A stretch of 40,666 nucleotides of DNA from a virus (Duplodnaviria; Caudoviricetes): the IMG/VR virus record IMGVR_UViG_3300029179_000010, positions 1 through 40,666 of that record; one strand, given 5' to 3'. The notes beneath the pieces were generated by a model. That model made no database searches. It was given only the letters and a program-made list of their open reading frames with translations, and was not told where the DNA came from. A program made the translations under genes and the position numbers. Below, in pieces: positions 8,356 to 18,500 of the stretch (position 1 is the stretch's first letter; each line of letters begins with the position of its first letter).

Positions 8356-8395
8356 CTTGTGTGTGGTGTATTTGAATTAAAAAAATTAGGCGTTA

Positions 8396-9979
8396 TTAGG
8401 CGTTAGGTTGAGCCACCAAAATAGCCGTAGCATTCGGCAAACGGTCGCAAATCATCGCCTGAGTCAGGATGTGGTAGGTGTTGCCGTCCTGACCGTTGGA
8501 GATTTGAGGCATCCCTTGCAGGCTCATCAGCTTCTGGAAGTTAACACCGTCTCCGATGAACTTGCTCATGGCTGAAGAACCTTGTGTGCCTGACAGACCT
8601 GCGACCATGCCTGTTACCATTGCGCGGTCTATCCCGTCTTTGCCTTTGGATACAAGATACAGCGAACGTTTACCATCTTCAAATGTAACCATCAACTTCA
8701 GGTACAGGTGACACGCCTCAATCGGATATGTTGCCCCGCCGATAAGAATCATGTTATCCGGCTGTGTGCGGTCAACTTGGTCAAGGGCAGGGATATGGAT
8801 AAAGTCCACGTCGCCATTTCGGGTCGGGATCGTTTCTACTCCGACGGGGCGCGGGATGGTCGTCACATTGATTTTGCCACTGCTATCGGCATTAATCATA
8901 ATGTTTGCCTTCGCCTGAATCCATTGCTGACCTGCAAGGCGCAGAACGGTACGGGCACCGGAGCCGCCGAAGCCGATAATTTTCAAATCCCATTGACGAT
9001 ATTCCTTTGCAATCCAGTCAACCGCAGCGTCAATAGCCGGGATGAATGTGTCGGGATTGTTCGGGTTGTACGTTACCTTCATGCCCGCATTGTTCCACAT
9101 CTGGAAACGCAGACCTGCGCTCATCGGAACAACATTGTTCTGTGCATCGCGGCTGATAATCTCCCCCGTCGCATAATTGAAGTTAGGGGCCTCAAACCAG
9201 AGTTTGTTGCCTACCTTCAGGTAGTGTTCGCGCAGAAGAGATTGTCCTGAATTAGTGATAATATCGGGAACAAAACCGTGAACAGATGATTTGCTGCCCT
9301 GCACACTTGCCTGTACAACGTCCACGTCATAACCTTGCGTCATAGCATCACCTGTGATAGTGAGTTCCGTGCGCTCCGTTGAGAAGTAGTTGAGGTAATC
9401 AATTTGCTCTTGCCCGGCAATGATACCCTGACCGCGAACAGAGCCTTCGCCCCACGCAGAGTGAGAGAAATAAAGGTATTTGCCGTAGGCGATTTGTGCG
9501 GCATCAAATGTAGCATTCTGGATAGCCGTACCGCTAACAGAGAATACTACATCCTGACAGTTATTCGGAGCCGGAGTAACCGAAATAACCATAAGGTTAG
9601 ATTGGTCGTTCGTCAGCGCAATCCCGTTAGGGCTTGCAAGGGGCTTGTTGATGCGCACGGTGAAGTAACTGCCGGGGTTGGTAGAGCCGGTATAGTTGCC
9701 TACAATCTGAGCGCTACGCTGCTGACGCAGCATTACCGCGTACTTGATCCACATTTCGTCAACCGTATCGGTGTCGCTTGACGCATTGTAAGCGTTGCCA
9801 AAATACCGGTTGGTGAAAAGCGTGAGGATGCCCTGATCCTGAACCACCGCATTGATGATGGTTCTTGCCAGAAGCGGGATGCGGCCTGCACGCGAAAGGT
9901 TGATAATCGGGGTCGTCTCCGCAAGGATTTGCTGAGTTGGAATACTTGCCCTTCTTATCGAGACATTTACGTTACTCAT
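8396..9979 (-). CDS. Major capsid protein (crAss-like)
   Basis: 527 aa; AWGEGSVRG, NYFSTERTELTITGDA, SAGLRFQM, GGSGA and HIPALD motifs; position after the scaffold-like gene. Confidence 0.8.
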   Translation of the reverse strand: MSNVNVSIRRASIPTQQILAETTPIINLSRAGRIPLLARTIINAVVQDQGILTLFTNRYFGNAYNASSDTDTVDEMWIKYAVMLRQQRSAQIVGNYTGSTNPGSYFTVRINKPLASPNGIALTNDQSNLMVISVTPAPNNCQDVVFSVSGTAIQNATFDAAQIAYGKYLYFSHSAWGEGSVRGQGIIAGQEQIDYLNYFSTERTELTITGDAMTQGYDVDVVQASVQGSKSSVHGFVPDIITNSGQSLLREHYLKVGNKLWFEAPNFNYATGEIISRDAQNNVVPMSAGLRFQMWNNAGMKVTYNPNNPDTFIPAIDAAVDWIAKEYRQWDLKIIGFGGSGARTVLRLAGQQWIQAKANIMINADSSGKINVTTIPRPVGVETIPTRNGDVDFIHIPALDQVDRTQPDNMILIGGATYPIEACHLYLKLMVTFEDGKRSLYLVSKGKDGIDRAMVTGMVAGLSGTQGSSAMSKFIGDGVNFQKLMSLQGMPQISNGQDGNTYHILTQAMICDRLPNATAILVAQPNA

Positions 9980-9998
9980 TTAAGATTGATTTTTTTTG

Positions 9999-10988
9999 TT
10001 AACTGATCTTTTCCAGAAGGCGAAGCGCTTCTTCCAAATCCGGTTGAAGAGCCGGAGCCGTAGGTGAATGAACAGGGCGAGACGTATAAAGATTGCCGGC
10101 GGATTTCCCCGGAATCGTGGGGACATTCCCTATTTTATCACGCAGCGTAACTGCCAGCGGATGCATTGAAAACTGAAGCATCGCATTCACGAGCATCTCC
10201 TTTTCATTCATCAACGAGGAAAAAAACTCTTCCTGAACCTTGGGGCTAAGGATTGCCTCTTTGAGAGGAGCGGGAATTTTCTTACCGAAATAGGCAAGCT
10301 CGTCAACATATTGTTTCAGTTCTGAAACGCGCTTTACCGCATCTGCCTTTGCCTTTTCTTCACGGCCACGCTGTGCGTCAACTGCCGTTTTATAGGCTTG
10401 TTCTTCACGGGCTGACAGCGTGTTTTCAATCAGCGTCTTTACGCCGCTGACAAGATTGCGATATGCTGTTACATCCCAGGATTTTACCGAATCCAGCTTT
10501 TCCTCCGGCGTGTTGCCTTCAATGTTGAAGAACTGTGCCGGGTTGCCCTTAAATGCCGCCAGTAGGATAGTGTCGTCACTCTCCCGTTGAAGTTTGGATA
10601 AGGAGCTATAGGCGGAGTCCGCTTTCAGGATTTGCTGTGCCTGATAATTGATGTTGCCTTCAGAATTTAATAACTCCAGTACATCGTCAACGGTTTTGAT
10701 TTGTTCCGGGTCAACACCGAGTGCCTCCGCAAGTTTTGAAAAATCGGCAGCGGGGGCAGCGGGGGTAGCCGGAGCAGCTTCGCCCAAATCCCACTCTTCG
10801 TCTGTGCTTGCAGGCGGAGTTGCCGATTGTTCAGCCACCGAATTTTCAACAGGCACGTCGTCAATGGGAAACACAGCGGCAAAGACAGTATCTGCCGCAG
10901 GGACAGGGTTGCCGCTTTCGGTAAAGGAGAGGTCGACCAAATCGCCGGGGGAAACCTCTTGTGTAAAAGATTGGTTAGAATCGCTCAT
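9999..10988 (-). CDS. Putative scaffolding protein (crAss gene-77-like)
   Basis: Acidic Pro/Ala-rich N-terminus and coiled-coil; directly upstream of the MCP. Confidence 0.6.
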   Translation of the reverse strand: MSDSNQSFTQEVSPGDLVDLSFTESGNPVPAADTVFAAVFPIDDVPVENSVAEQSATPPASTDEEWDLGEAAPATPAAPAADFSKLAEALGVDPEQIKTVDDVLELLNSEGNINYQAQQILKADSAYSSLSKLQRESDDTILLAAFKGNPAQFFNIEGNTPEEKLDSVKSWDVTAYRNLVSGVKTLIENTLSAREEQAYKTAVDAQRGREEKAKADAVKRVSELKQYVDELAYFGKKIPAPLKEAILSPKVQEEFFSSLMNEKEMLVNAMLQFSMHPLAVTLRDKIGNVPTIPGKSAGNLYTSRPVHSPTAPALQPDLEEALRLLEKIS

Positions 10989-11023
10989 TTCTGTTTGGTG
11001 TGTGTGAATGATAGATGTTCACA

Positions 11024-11031
11024 CAAAAATA
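11024..11031 (-). promoter_or_regulatory. Bacteroidota -7 promoter element (TATTTTTG) for the head operon, inside a long inverted repeat
   Basis: Matches TAnnTTTG 35 nt upstream of the scaffold ATG; inverted repeat spans 10991-11041. Confidence 0.6.
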
Positions 11032-11074
11032 TACCAAACAGCCACCCCAAATCAATAAGGCAATGCGTTCACTA

Positions 11075-12988
11075 TTACCGAAGGGATTGCCGCCCAAATC
11101 TTATCGTGCTTTTTCTAATATTTCTGTCGAACGCAAAGCGGACACGCGAATCGCTTATTGCGCTTGTTTCACGCCTGCGTGTGTATTCCTGTGATTTCAA
11201 ATCCCGAAGCACAAGCAGCGTATGGAAAGCGGAGCCTAAGTCCGTGTTTTTCTTCCGCCATTGCCGGAGTGCGTCAATGATTTCCGGCGAATCCATTTTA
11301 GCAAATGACTCGCTTTCAATGTAGTCCTCACAAAGCCCAGTTTGTTCCGAAATTGTTTTGTCAGATTGACGAATGCCGGGCTTGCCGTTTATATGCCTGA
11401 CACATGAGAATAGCCCTTTCTTCCTCAAATCCTTAATGAAGGATTCGTCATTATTCTCCGCAAGAACTTCTATCCCATCTTTTCCACCGTAAAACCTCAT
11501 GCCCTTAATAAACTCATTGAACAGCTTTGTCTTTGTAGATGGCCGTCCTAAATAATAGGCCACCGGAGCGTCATTGAAATCTACATTAAAATGTTCGCCG
11601 CGCCAAATGACCATCGCCCCTTTTGACGGTTCGGCATCTTGGCTTTCGTCTTTATAGTAGTCGTCTATGGCGGCATAGTCTAAGCCTATGTAATCCGTTT
11701 GGGGCATACCATCTTCATGGATAAGCCAGTCCCCGGAAGGGTCTTCTTTAAAATGAACTTCCGTATTCGTATCGCCCGAAGCATAGCGGTTATATTCCAG
11801 CTTGCCCCGCTTCCACTTCTTGTCTCTGCCGTCAATGCGTATGTCGTACATCCGGGCATCTAAGTAAGAAGCATTATACCCCGAAAGTGTAGGCATCTGG
11901 AAACACTCCCAATCGTTGAGGGGCATTTCCTGAATGGCGTACTGCAACTTTACCATATCCCCCTCCGCTTGTAGTTCCGCCCGCCGGGCAAGGATTTTAT
12001 CCAGCGCCCGCTCCTCGTTACATTTCCCCGTGTGCATATCCCATTCCCCTAAATACAATGACGTGGCTTTAATGAAAAAGCGCTTCCTGTGCGGGGTATT
12101 TTCTTTGTAAAGCCGTTCGTAATCGGAGGATGAGTTTGACACTTTATCGGAGGTGCCGCCGATAATCATGTGTCCGTGACGCAGCATATTCAACGCAACA
12201 ACGTGTTCGCACGTTGAGACAAGCATGGACAGATAATTCTTTGTGTACTTACCCGCCTCGTCAATCACTATAACGTGGTCCCGCGCTCCCCGCATAGCGT
12301 TAATGTTTACAGGCTTTGAGGCTTCTTTGAATGTTACTGCATGACGCTCAAACTCCACGCCTCTGTCCGTGAAGTCCAGATACTTCGCTTTGTCCGCATT
12401 GATAAGCATTGTAAGCGGGTCTTTACCGTCTTCGCTTTTTTCACTCCGCTTCTTAACATACGCCGGGGGCATCCAAGCCGGGTGCATATTCGCCAATGCC
12501 GGACGGAAAACCTCATCCCGGAAACGAGTGATTGTAACCGTGTCGGGGCCGAGGTAAGAACAGTTTACCTGATCTATCAAATAAGACCACATCAGATAGG
12601 AACACATCAGGTATGACCAATGCACCCCCCGCGCTTTCGTGGCAATGATGTCCTTTGCAGTTGATTGTGGAAAGAGTTTGTTGCGCCGCGCAAACCAAAT
12701 TGTGTCGAGCGTAACCTTATCCTGATAAAAGTAATAGGGCTGTTCGGCCTCACTCTTTTTACCCTTTTGGTCAATCACAGAAAAACGCATCCAATTCAGG
12801 TGAAAGTACAACACAGGGTTCAGCCATACACCGTCCGGGGCTGTCCATCCGTATTTGACACGCCGTATTTCCTCCGCCCACCATTCCGCCGCATCGCTTT
12901 CTTCAATTAAAATATTTGCGTATGGCGGTATGACTACGGGGTTAACAGGACGGTACAATACCTGTTTGGATATGTTTTCTATTTGCAT
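11075..12988 (-). CDS. terL: Terminase large subunit
   Basis: Walker A-like TKARGVHWS, Walker B VIDEAGK, motif III IIGGTS, nuclease AAIDDY...ENN...NTDLGSA. Confidence 0.88.
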   Translation of the reverse strand: MQIENISKQVLYRPVNPVVIPPYANILIEESDAAEWWAEEIRRVKYGWTAPDGVWLNPVLYFHLNWMRFSVIDQKGKKSEAEQPYYFYQDKVTLDTIWFARRNKLFPQSTAKDIIATKARGVHWSYLMCSYLMWSYLIDQVNCSYLGPDTVTITRFRDEVFRPALANMHPAWMPPAYVKKRSEKSEDGKDPLTMLINADKAKYLDFTDRGVEFERHAVTFKEASKPVNINAMRGARDHVIVIDEAGKYTKNYLSMLVSTCEHVVALNMLRHGHMIIGGTSDKVSNSSSDYERLYKENTPHRKRFFIKATSLYLGEWDMHTGKCNEERALDKILARRAELQAEGDMVKLQYAIQEMPLNDWECFQMPTLSGYNASYLDARMYDIRIDGRDKKWKRGKLEYNRYASGDTNTEVHFKEDPSGDWLIHEDGMPQTDYIGLDYAAIDDYYKDESQDAEPSKGAMVIWRGEHFNVDFNDAPVAYYLGRPSTKTKLFNEFIKGMRFYGGKDGIEVLAENNDESFIKDLRKKGLFSCVRHINGKPGIRQSDKTISEQTGLCEDYIESESFAKMDSPEIIDALRQWRKKNTDLGSAFHTLLVLRDLKSQEYTRRRETSAISDSRVRFAFDRNIRKSTIRFGRQSLR

Positions 12989-13398
12989 ACTTCCCGAACC
13001 CTGTTGGAGAAGTCTATAAGTTTTCGCTTGCGCTTTTCGTCGGTAAGAATAGCCCGCTCATACCCTTTTGTCTTATTGTGGATATGCGCGCGCGACAATG
13101 ACGTTAACAGGCTTATTTCTGTTATAGTCATACCAAATCCGTAAAGGCTGCTACGCAATGCCGTCAATGCAAGCGAGCGCGTTTCAGCCAATGCCCTGCG
13201 CTCAGATACAGGCAGGTAATTGTATTTGCACAGGTTACAGGTCATTAAGTCGTCAGGAGTGCCAGACGTATTCAATACGCTCAAAAGGCTTCCGTAAATC
13301 CTCGCAGGGCTTTCATTTTTCGCGCCTAACAGCATTTCCATGTCCTTCAGCCGCTGTTCGAGGTATTGAACACGCTGTTCTATATCTACTGCTACCAT
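12979..13398 (-). CDS. Putative DNA-binding protein with HTH resembling the DnaA C-terminal domain
   Basis: N-terminal coiled coil; RRALAETRSLA...GMTITEISLLTSLSRAHIHN. Confidence 0.45.
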   Translation of the reverse strand: MVAVDIEQRVQYLEQRLKDMEMLLGAKNESPARIYGSLLSVLNTSGTPDDLMTCNLCKYNYLPVSERRALAETRSLALTALRSSLYGFGMTITEISLLTSLSRAHIHNKTKGYERAILTDEKRKRKLIDFSNRVREVCK

Positions 13399-13400
13399 GA

Positions 13401-13958
13401 TTATACCATTTTATCCCAACGATGAATATGCTCAACGTTCGATTCTACGCCGTCCTTTACATACCGATAACGGATTCTTGTCTTATGCTGTGCGTCTTTG
13501 ATGTTATGCAGGTGAATGCGAACATCATCTTTTAAGGTAAGCTCCGCCGTTACGTCACGCCATACGTTGCCAATGTAGGCTTGTAGTTTACCTCCGTTGT
13601 TGGGCAGTATAGCCTCTTTAATTGGGCAGCGCTCCCCCGGCGAATGTATTTTGGCCTTATACATACAGCCGCAAGCCGCACACCTTGCATCCGTAGGGAC
13701 TTCCATGCGGGCATAAACCGCGCCGGGTTCTAACGGCTGGTCAGGGTGTATGTACTCCCTGCCTTTGCCCGGTACAATGCGAACGCGCTGATTTGATGTA
13801 ATCATTTTCAGATACTCACAAACCCTGTCCTCCCCGCTGCCCGCGCTCAGGCATTTGTTGTAACGCTCAACTACCTGCGCCCTTTGCCCTTCCGATAACG
13901 AAGAAGGAATGCCCGCGTAGAAGAACCCTTGCGCAATGTTATTTAAATTCCAATTCAT
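13401..13958 (-). CDS. Cys-rich putative Zn-binding protein
   Basis: KC...VC...RCAACGCMYKAK...RCP pattern. Confidence 0.55.
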   Translation of the reverse strand: MNWNLNNIAQGFFYAGIPSSLSEGQRAQVVERYNKCLSAGSGEDRVCEYLKMITSNQRVRIVPGKGREYIHPDQPLEPGAVYARMEVPTDARCAACGCMYKAKIHSPGERCPIKEAILPNNGGKLQAYIGNVWRDVTAELTLKDDVRIHLHNIKDAQHKTRIRYRYVKDGVESNVEHIHRWDKMV

Positions 13959-13979
13959 AAAAGGGGTGTTTGATTTGTT

Positions 13980-14420
13980 TTATCCAGAGCAATCCCAAGT
14001 CGCAGCCCAAACATAAAAGTCGCGGATGCACATCGGATTGCCAGTATCGGTCGTTTGCCAAAATCCATAAGTGTCGCGCAGGTGGTCGCGGAACTCCTGC
14101 TCCGTCAGCGGCCCGTCAATTTCTTCTACCGTAAATCCATTCTTTGTGATGACGATATTGATATACTCCTGCCCCTCCGTACAGGTCGGAGTAATAAAAG
14201 ACGTTGACAAGGCATTGAGTTGCGTACACAGATACTGCGCAACAATGGCGTTAAACCCCTGCTGCGTAGTCATGCCAGTAATGCCCAAACTTGTAGAACA
14301 CTCCGTGCCGCCAAGCCCCGCTGAAAAGTCGGATGCTGTTATCTCGGGACACGTTGAATCCTCACAGTCCTGACATCCCGGAATAACCGGAACCCGTGTT
14401 GTCGGTTGATTGCAAGCCAT
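13980..14420 (-). CDS. Cys-rich hypothetical structural protein
   Basis: Start moved to ATG 14420 (TAATG coupling); MACNQ...GCQDCEDSTCP; 9 Cys. Confidence 0.55.
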   Translation of the reverse strand: MACNQPTTRVPVIPGCQDCEDSTCPEITASDFSAGLGGTECSTSLGITGMTTQQGFNAIVAQYLCTQLNALSTSFITPTCTEGQEYINIVITKNGFTVEEIDGPLTEQEFRDHLRDTYGFWQTTDTGNPMCIRDFYVWAATWDCSG

Positions 14421-14629
14421 TATATATATCTTTTTTCTTTGATGAGACAATCAATTACCTCCATGTCCTTTTCGGTCATAGAGTAATTCTGTGAAACAAA
14501 ATACAGCAAAGACAGCCACATAACCCCTTTGGGATTGACCTGCTTGCCTTTCTTTGCCAAAGTTACAACCCGGCAAGCCTCCGCTATTTGTGCGGCCTCT
14601 ACCTTGTTTGTGATTTGTGTAGGACTCAT
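14420..14629 (-). CDS. Small hypothetical protein (69 aa)
   Basis: Start and stop overlap both neighbours. Confidence 0.55.
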   Translation of the reverse strand: MSPTQITNKVEAAQIAEACRVVTLAKKGKQVNPKGVMWLSLLYFVSQNYSMTEKDMEVIDCLIKEKRYI

Positions 14630-15567
14630 TGTTGACAGAAGTTTTCAACCTTTGAAAGAATCTGGCCAACTTGCCTCACCAATCCGTTAGCGCAAGTGCA
14701 GTTACAGCCCGCGCCCTGTGCCGCCTCCAAAAATGACTTTGCCATCATCAACTGACATGGAACCGGATTGTCCGCTTTATAGCAGTCTATGCAGCCATCC
14801 CCGGCAATGCTCAATACCAACTGCGAAAGACGGTCGCTTTCTTTGCAGGTAAATACCGCTTGCAAGGTTTTGCTTGTGTATAATACCGGGTCGGTAGGCG
14901 TTACCGTTACCGTAGTGCAGCCCGTGCCGGATACCGGAACAGAAGTTTCCGCGACCCCGTTGATGTTGCGGATTTGATAAGCGGTAATCTCATCACAGGT
15001 AGTCGCCTGATAGCGCCATACCATGCCCGCCGTATCGGAGTACGACACAAAGTAAGACATCATATCTACCCATACGCCGTTTATGCGCAGCCAGATATTG
15101 TCGCCAAGCGTTACGGACTTTTGTTTGACTTTGATGTCATAGGTGCATTCCTCACACGAATACGGCAGCTTGGTATATATTGCATATTCAACCTGATAAC
15201 ATCCCGATGCAAGAATGTCCATAATACCGGAATCCGGCGTTGTTGCGGGCATCCCGGCGGCCTGATTGCAGGCAGTACATTCCGGCTGCGTAGCCACAGA
15301 TACCGCTCCGATAGCCTGAAACTGACTTGCGCAAATACGCTGTGAGTTGGGGTACTGCGCAACCACTGTATCCCATATTGAAATCCAGCGGTTCCCGTTA
15401 GCGTCCGTTAACGTAACAGACCATTGGTCAACATCGCTGACTTCAATGTTGGGAGAGCCATATCCGCCCGTGTTTGTTGCGGAGTAATCCCCTGTTGTAT
15501 CGGTAAGGTAAAAGCAATTGCAATCTTGCGAAATTTGCGATACCTGAAACTTTAACTTTAGTGCCAT
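14626..15567 (-). CDS. Cys-rich virion (tail hub/fibre attachment-like) protein
   Basis: FYLTDTTGDYSATNTGGYGSPN N-terminus; GCYQVEY; 18 Cys; helical C-terminus. Confidence 0.55.
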   Translation of the reverse strand: MALKLKFQVSQISQDCNCFYLTDTTGDYSATNTGGYGSPNIEVSDVDQWSVTLTDANGNRWISIWDTVVAQYPNSQRICASQFQAIGAVSVATQPECTACNQAAGMPATTPDSGIMDILASGCYQVEYAIYTKLPYSCEECTYDIKVKQKSVTLGDNIWLRINGVWVDMMSYFVSYSDTAGMVWRYQATTCDEITAYQIRNINGVAETSVPVSGTGCTTVTVTPTDPVLYTSKTLQAVFTCKESDRLSQLVLSIAGDGCIDCYKADNPVPCQLMMAKSFLEAAQGAGCNCTCANGLVRQVGQILSKVENFCQQ

Positions 15568-15568
15568 T

Positions 15569-18500
15569 TTAATTTGCTTTAAGCATACAGGCGGTAATGC
15601 GTTTTATTTCAGACGGCAATACCCCAAGTGTTTCTGCCGTCAAAAGTAATGAATTTTCTACTGATTTCAAAAGGTCGGGGCGCTTATGTTCCTTAGCTGC
15701 CTCATTGAAAACATTTGCAACTATCTCCACAGTCTTGTTGAACTGCTCAACACCTACGTTGTCGCCAACCTTTGACGTATAAGGTGCGTTATCTATTTGT
15801 GATAGAATTGCTTCCGCCGTTGATGCGCTTAACCCCGGGCGCATTTGTATGACGTTTTCTACCGTGTTGATTACAAAGTCAACAAGCCTTTGGTTTGTGG
15901 TTAAGTCTAAGTCCTTCTTTGCGTTGCCGCCAACAACTCCGCAAAGCGTTTTACGGAATGCCGATACAAGCATGTTGATGAAGGATATAGCAATCGCGTT
16001 TACCACTACCATAGTTCCCGCAGAAGCAAAGAACCGTGCGCGTCCGCCGGGAACGCCGTCATGCCAGTCGTACCACGCCTGGGCAACCGTGTTGAGCATC
16101 CGCTGGCTCTGTCCGCTGAACAATCCAAGTATCTGCCCAATAAACGACTTATCCAACTGCTGCGTCGTCCGCGTAGCCACATCGTACATGACGTTCGTGG
16201 CGTACATCAGCCGTACCGCCTTGTCAAACATCTCCGTTCTTTGAGCCTGGGTTAGCGCCGCTACGTTGTCAACCCCCGCATTAGCTAATGCTTCTGCACG
16301 GGCTGCCCTGTATTGCGCAAGGATAACCGCACGGTCAACACGGCGCGTGGCATACATCCCGTACTCGTCGCTCAATTTGCGTAGGTGTTCCACAACACCG
16401 GATTCTTGGTCTATGCCCGAAGATATAATATGACGCATAGTGCTGACAAATTCCGTGTCTGCCGTGTATAGCCCCGTAATACGGTTGAATATTTCCGCTG
16501 CTTCAGGGTACTGTTTTACTTCCTCAATAGTGTCATAAAAACTACGCTGCCCAACCGTTCTTTCTATGCGGCTGCCCGTGTTCCGGGGCCCGATATTGGA
16601 AAGGTTAAACTGAGATACCATTGAAGAAGCGGTTTCTTTTGTAAGCCACGGGAGTTCAGCAAGGATATACTTGTCGTCCACAATGCCTAATCCCAATGAC
16701 CCGGTAAAGCCTACCGACTGCTTCAGCGGTACGCCAAAGCTAAGGGCAAACCTTGCAATGGCAAAATTGCGCGTCAAAGCATTAATTACTTTGCCGACAT
16801 CGCCGCCCGTTTTGATATAGGTCGCAAGGTACTTATTGTAATCATTGAGTGCCTCAATGTGCCGCTCAATTGCTTCAAGCAACTTAGCACCTTCCTCTTG
16901 AAGCCCTGACTGCCCGGCTATGTGGACTTTAATGTCGTCAGCGAAAATGGCAAGATTGAAAACGTGTTCGCCATTTTTCAGGAACTCGTCTGTCTTGGCC
17001 AGGTAGCGGTGCAAGTGTCCAACAGCATCCGTAAGCAAAACGGCCTCCCCGGCGCCTATGCGCTGGTTCAATATTGAAATGCGATCTATGAAAGCCGTGT
17101 TGCCGCCCGTGGCCGAAGCAATCGTATCGGGTGCCGTAGTTACCGCTACTAACCGGAAATACTCGCCCGCACCGTTTGCCCCAGTTACCTGCTGCAATGG
17201 CTGCCCAACAATTTTAGCATACAAGTCGGCTACCGCAGTAAATCGTTCCGGGTCATTGAATCCTTGTTTGACCGCATCGTAAGCCGCTTTGTATTCCGGG
17301 TTATTCATAATGCGGTCACGGATAGCTTCTATCTCTTCCGAGCTTTCAAAAATGAAATACGAGTGCTCTACCTCTGCTTTTTTATTGCCGTAGTGCTTTT
17401 GATAGGCAGCCCCTGAAGCCCGGTTCCGGTCACGGACAATCAATGACGACTTCCCGTAAGAAGCCATCTGTGTGTCGTATATCATCACCAACGAAATAGC
17501 TTCCGATACCGGAATTTCTATTTCGGCGGGTTGAAATCTTTCTGTTTCTTTATTCCATTCCAGCGCAGGGAATGTCATCTTATCTACCGTTGCCCATGTA
17601 TTGCGCCCGCGATATACCGTTATATGGTCACAAGCGTCCGCTACGCGCTGGAGTGTTACAGAGCCTTTCTCGAAAATAGGGGCATACTTCTTTAATGATT
17701 CATATACTTTGTTTGTGAATACTTCGCGCCCATAAGAATTAGGGGCAAAGTACGCCATGCCAATAGTATGAAGATTGAACACCCCTTGCAGGTTCTTACG
17801 GATGAAGTTTTGAAATCTTCCGGCGCGGGTTGTAGCCTCCGCACGTTGACGCATACTTGTTACCGTTCTTACAATTGCGGAGTTGTTGCCCGGCAATCGC
17901 GTCCACATCCGCTGCCCGGAGGTAGTATGAGTGAAATTGCTCCGGTGAAATTTAGCATAGCCCTCAAACAAGGATTCCGTATTGGGGATGCCGTCTATCT
18001 TAGACCCGCCAAAAAGAATACCGGCTATTTTCCTGTAAGGGTTAGGTATCTCTTTAGGCTGGCCTGCAATAATCAGCGTCACCTTTTCCCGCCCCGGCGC
18101 TAATTCAAAGCCTTCGGGGTCGCTGGCAAACGCCGCAACATCTTTCATTACAGATAAGTCGTTGAATCCTGCATAAAAGTCCGCCCACGATTTGCCGTGA
18201 AGCCCGGCACTTTTTGCACGACTTTCAAACTTGTCCTGCGTAATTTGTTGTGAAGCGTTCACCCAACGGCGAAAAGCATTTTGGATATTCAGTGCCGCCT
18301 CATCTACCGGAACGCCCTCTATGTTGTCGGTCATCCAGCCCACAATGCCACGAACAGAATTGAACGCCGCCGTTTCCGTATTTGTAGGAAATAACGCCTC
18401 GTCTAATATCATGTCATTGTCAGAAGTGCCGGGGAGTAACTGAAATTTTGTAGCCGAAGCCGCGTTCGTTTTACGCACCTGCGATTCTGCTATGCCGTCC

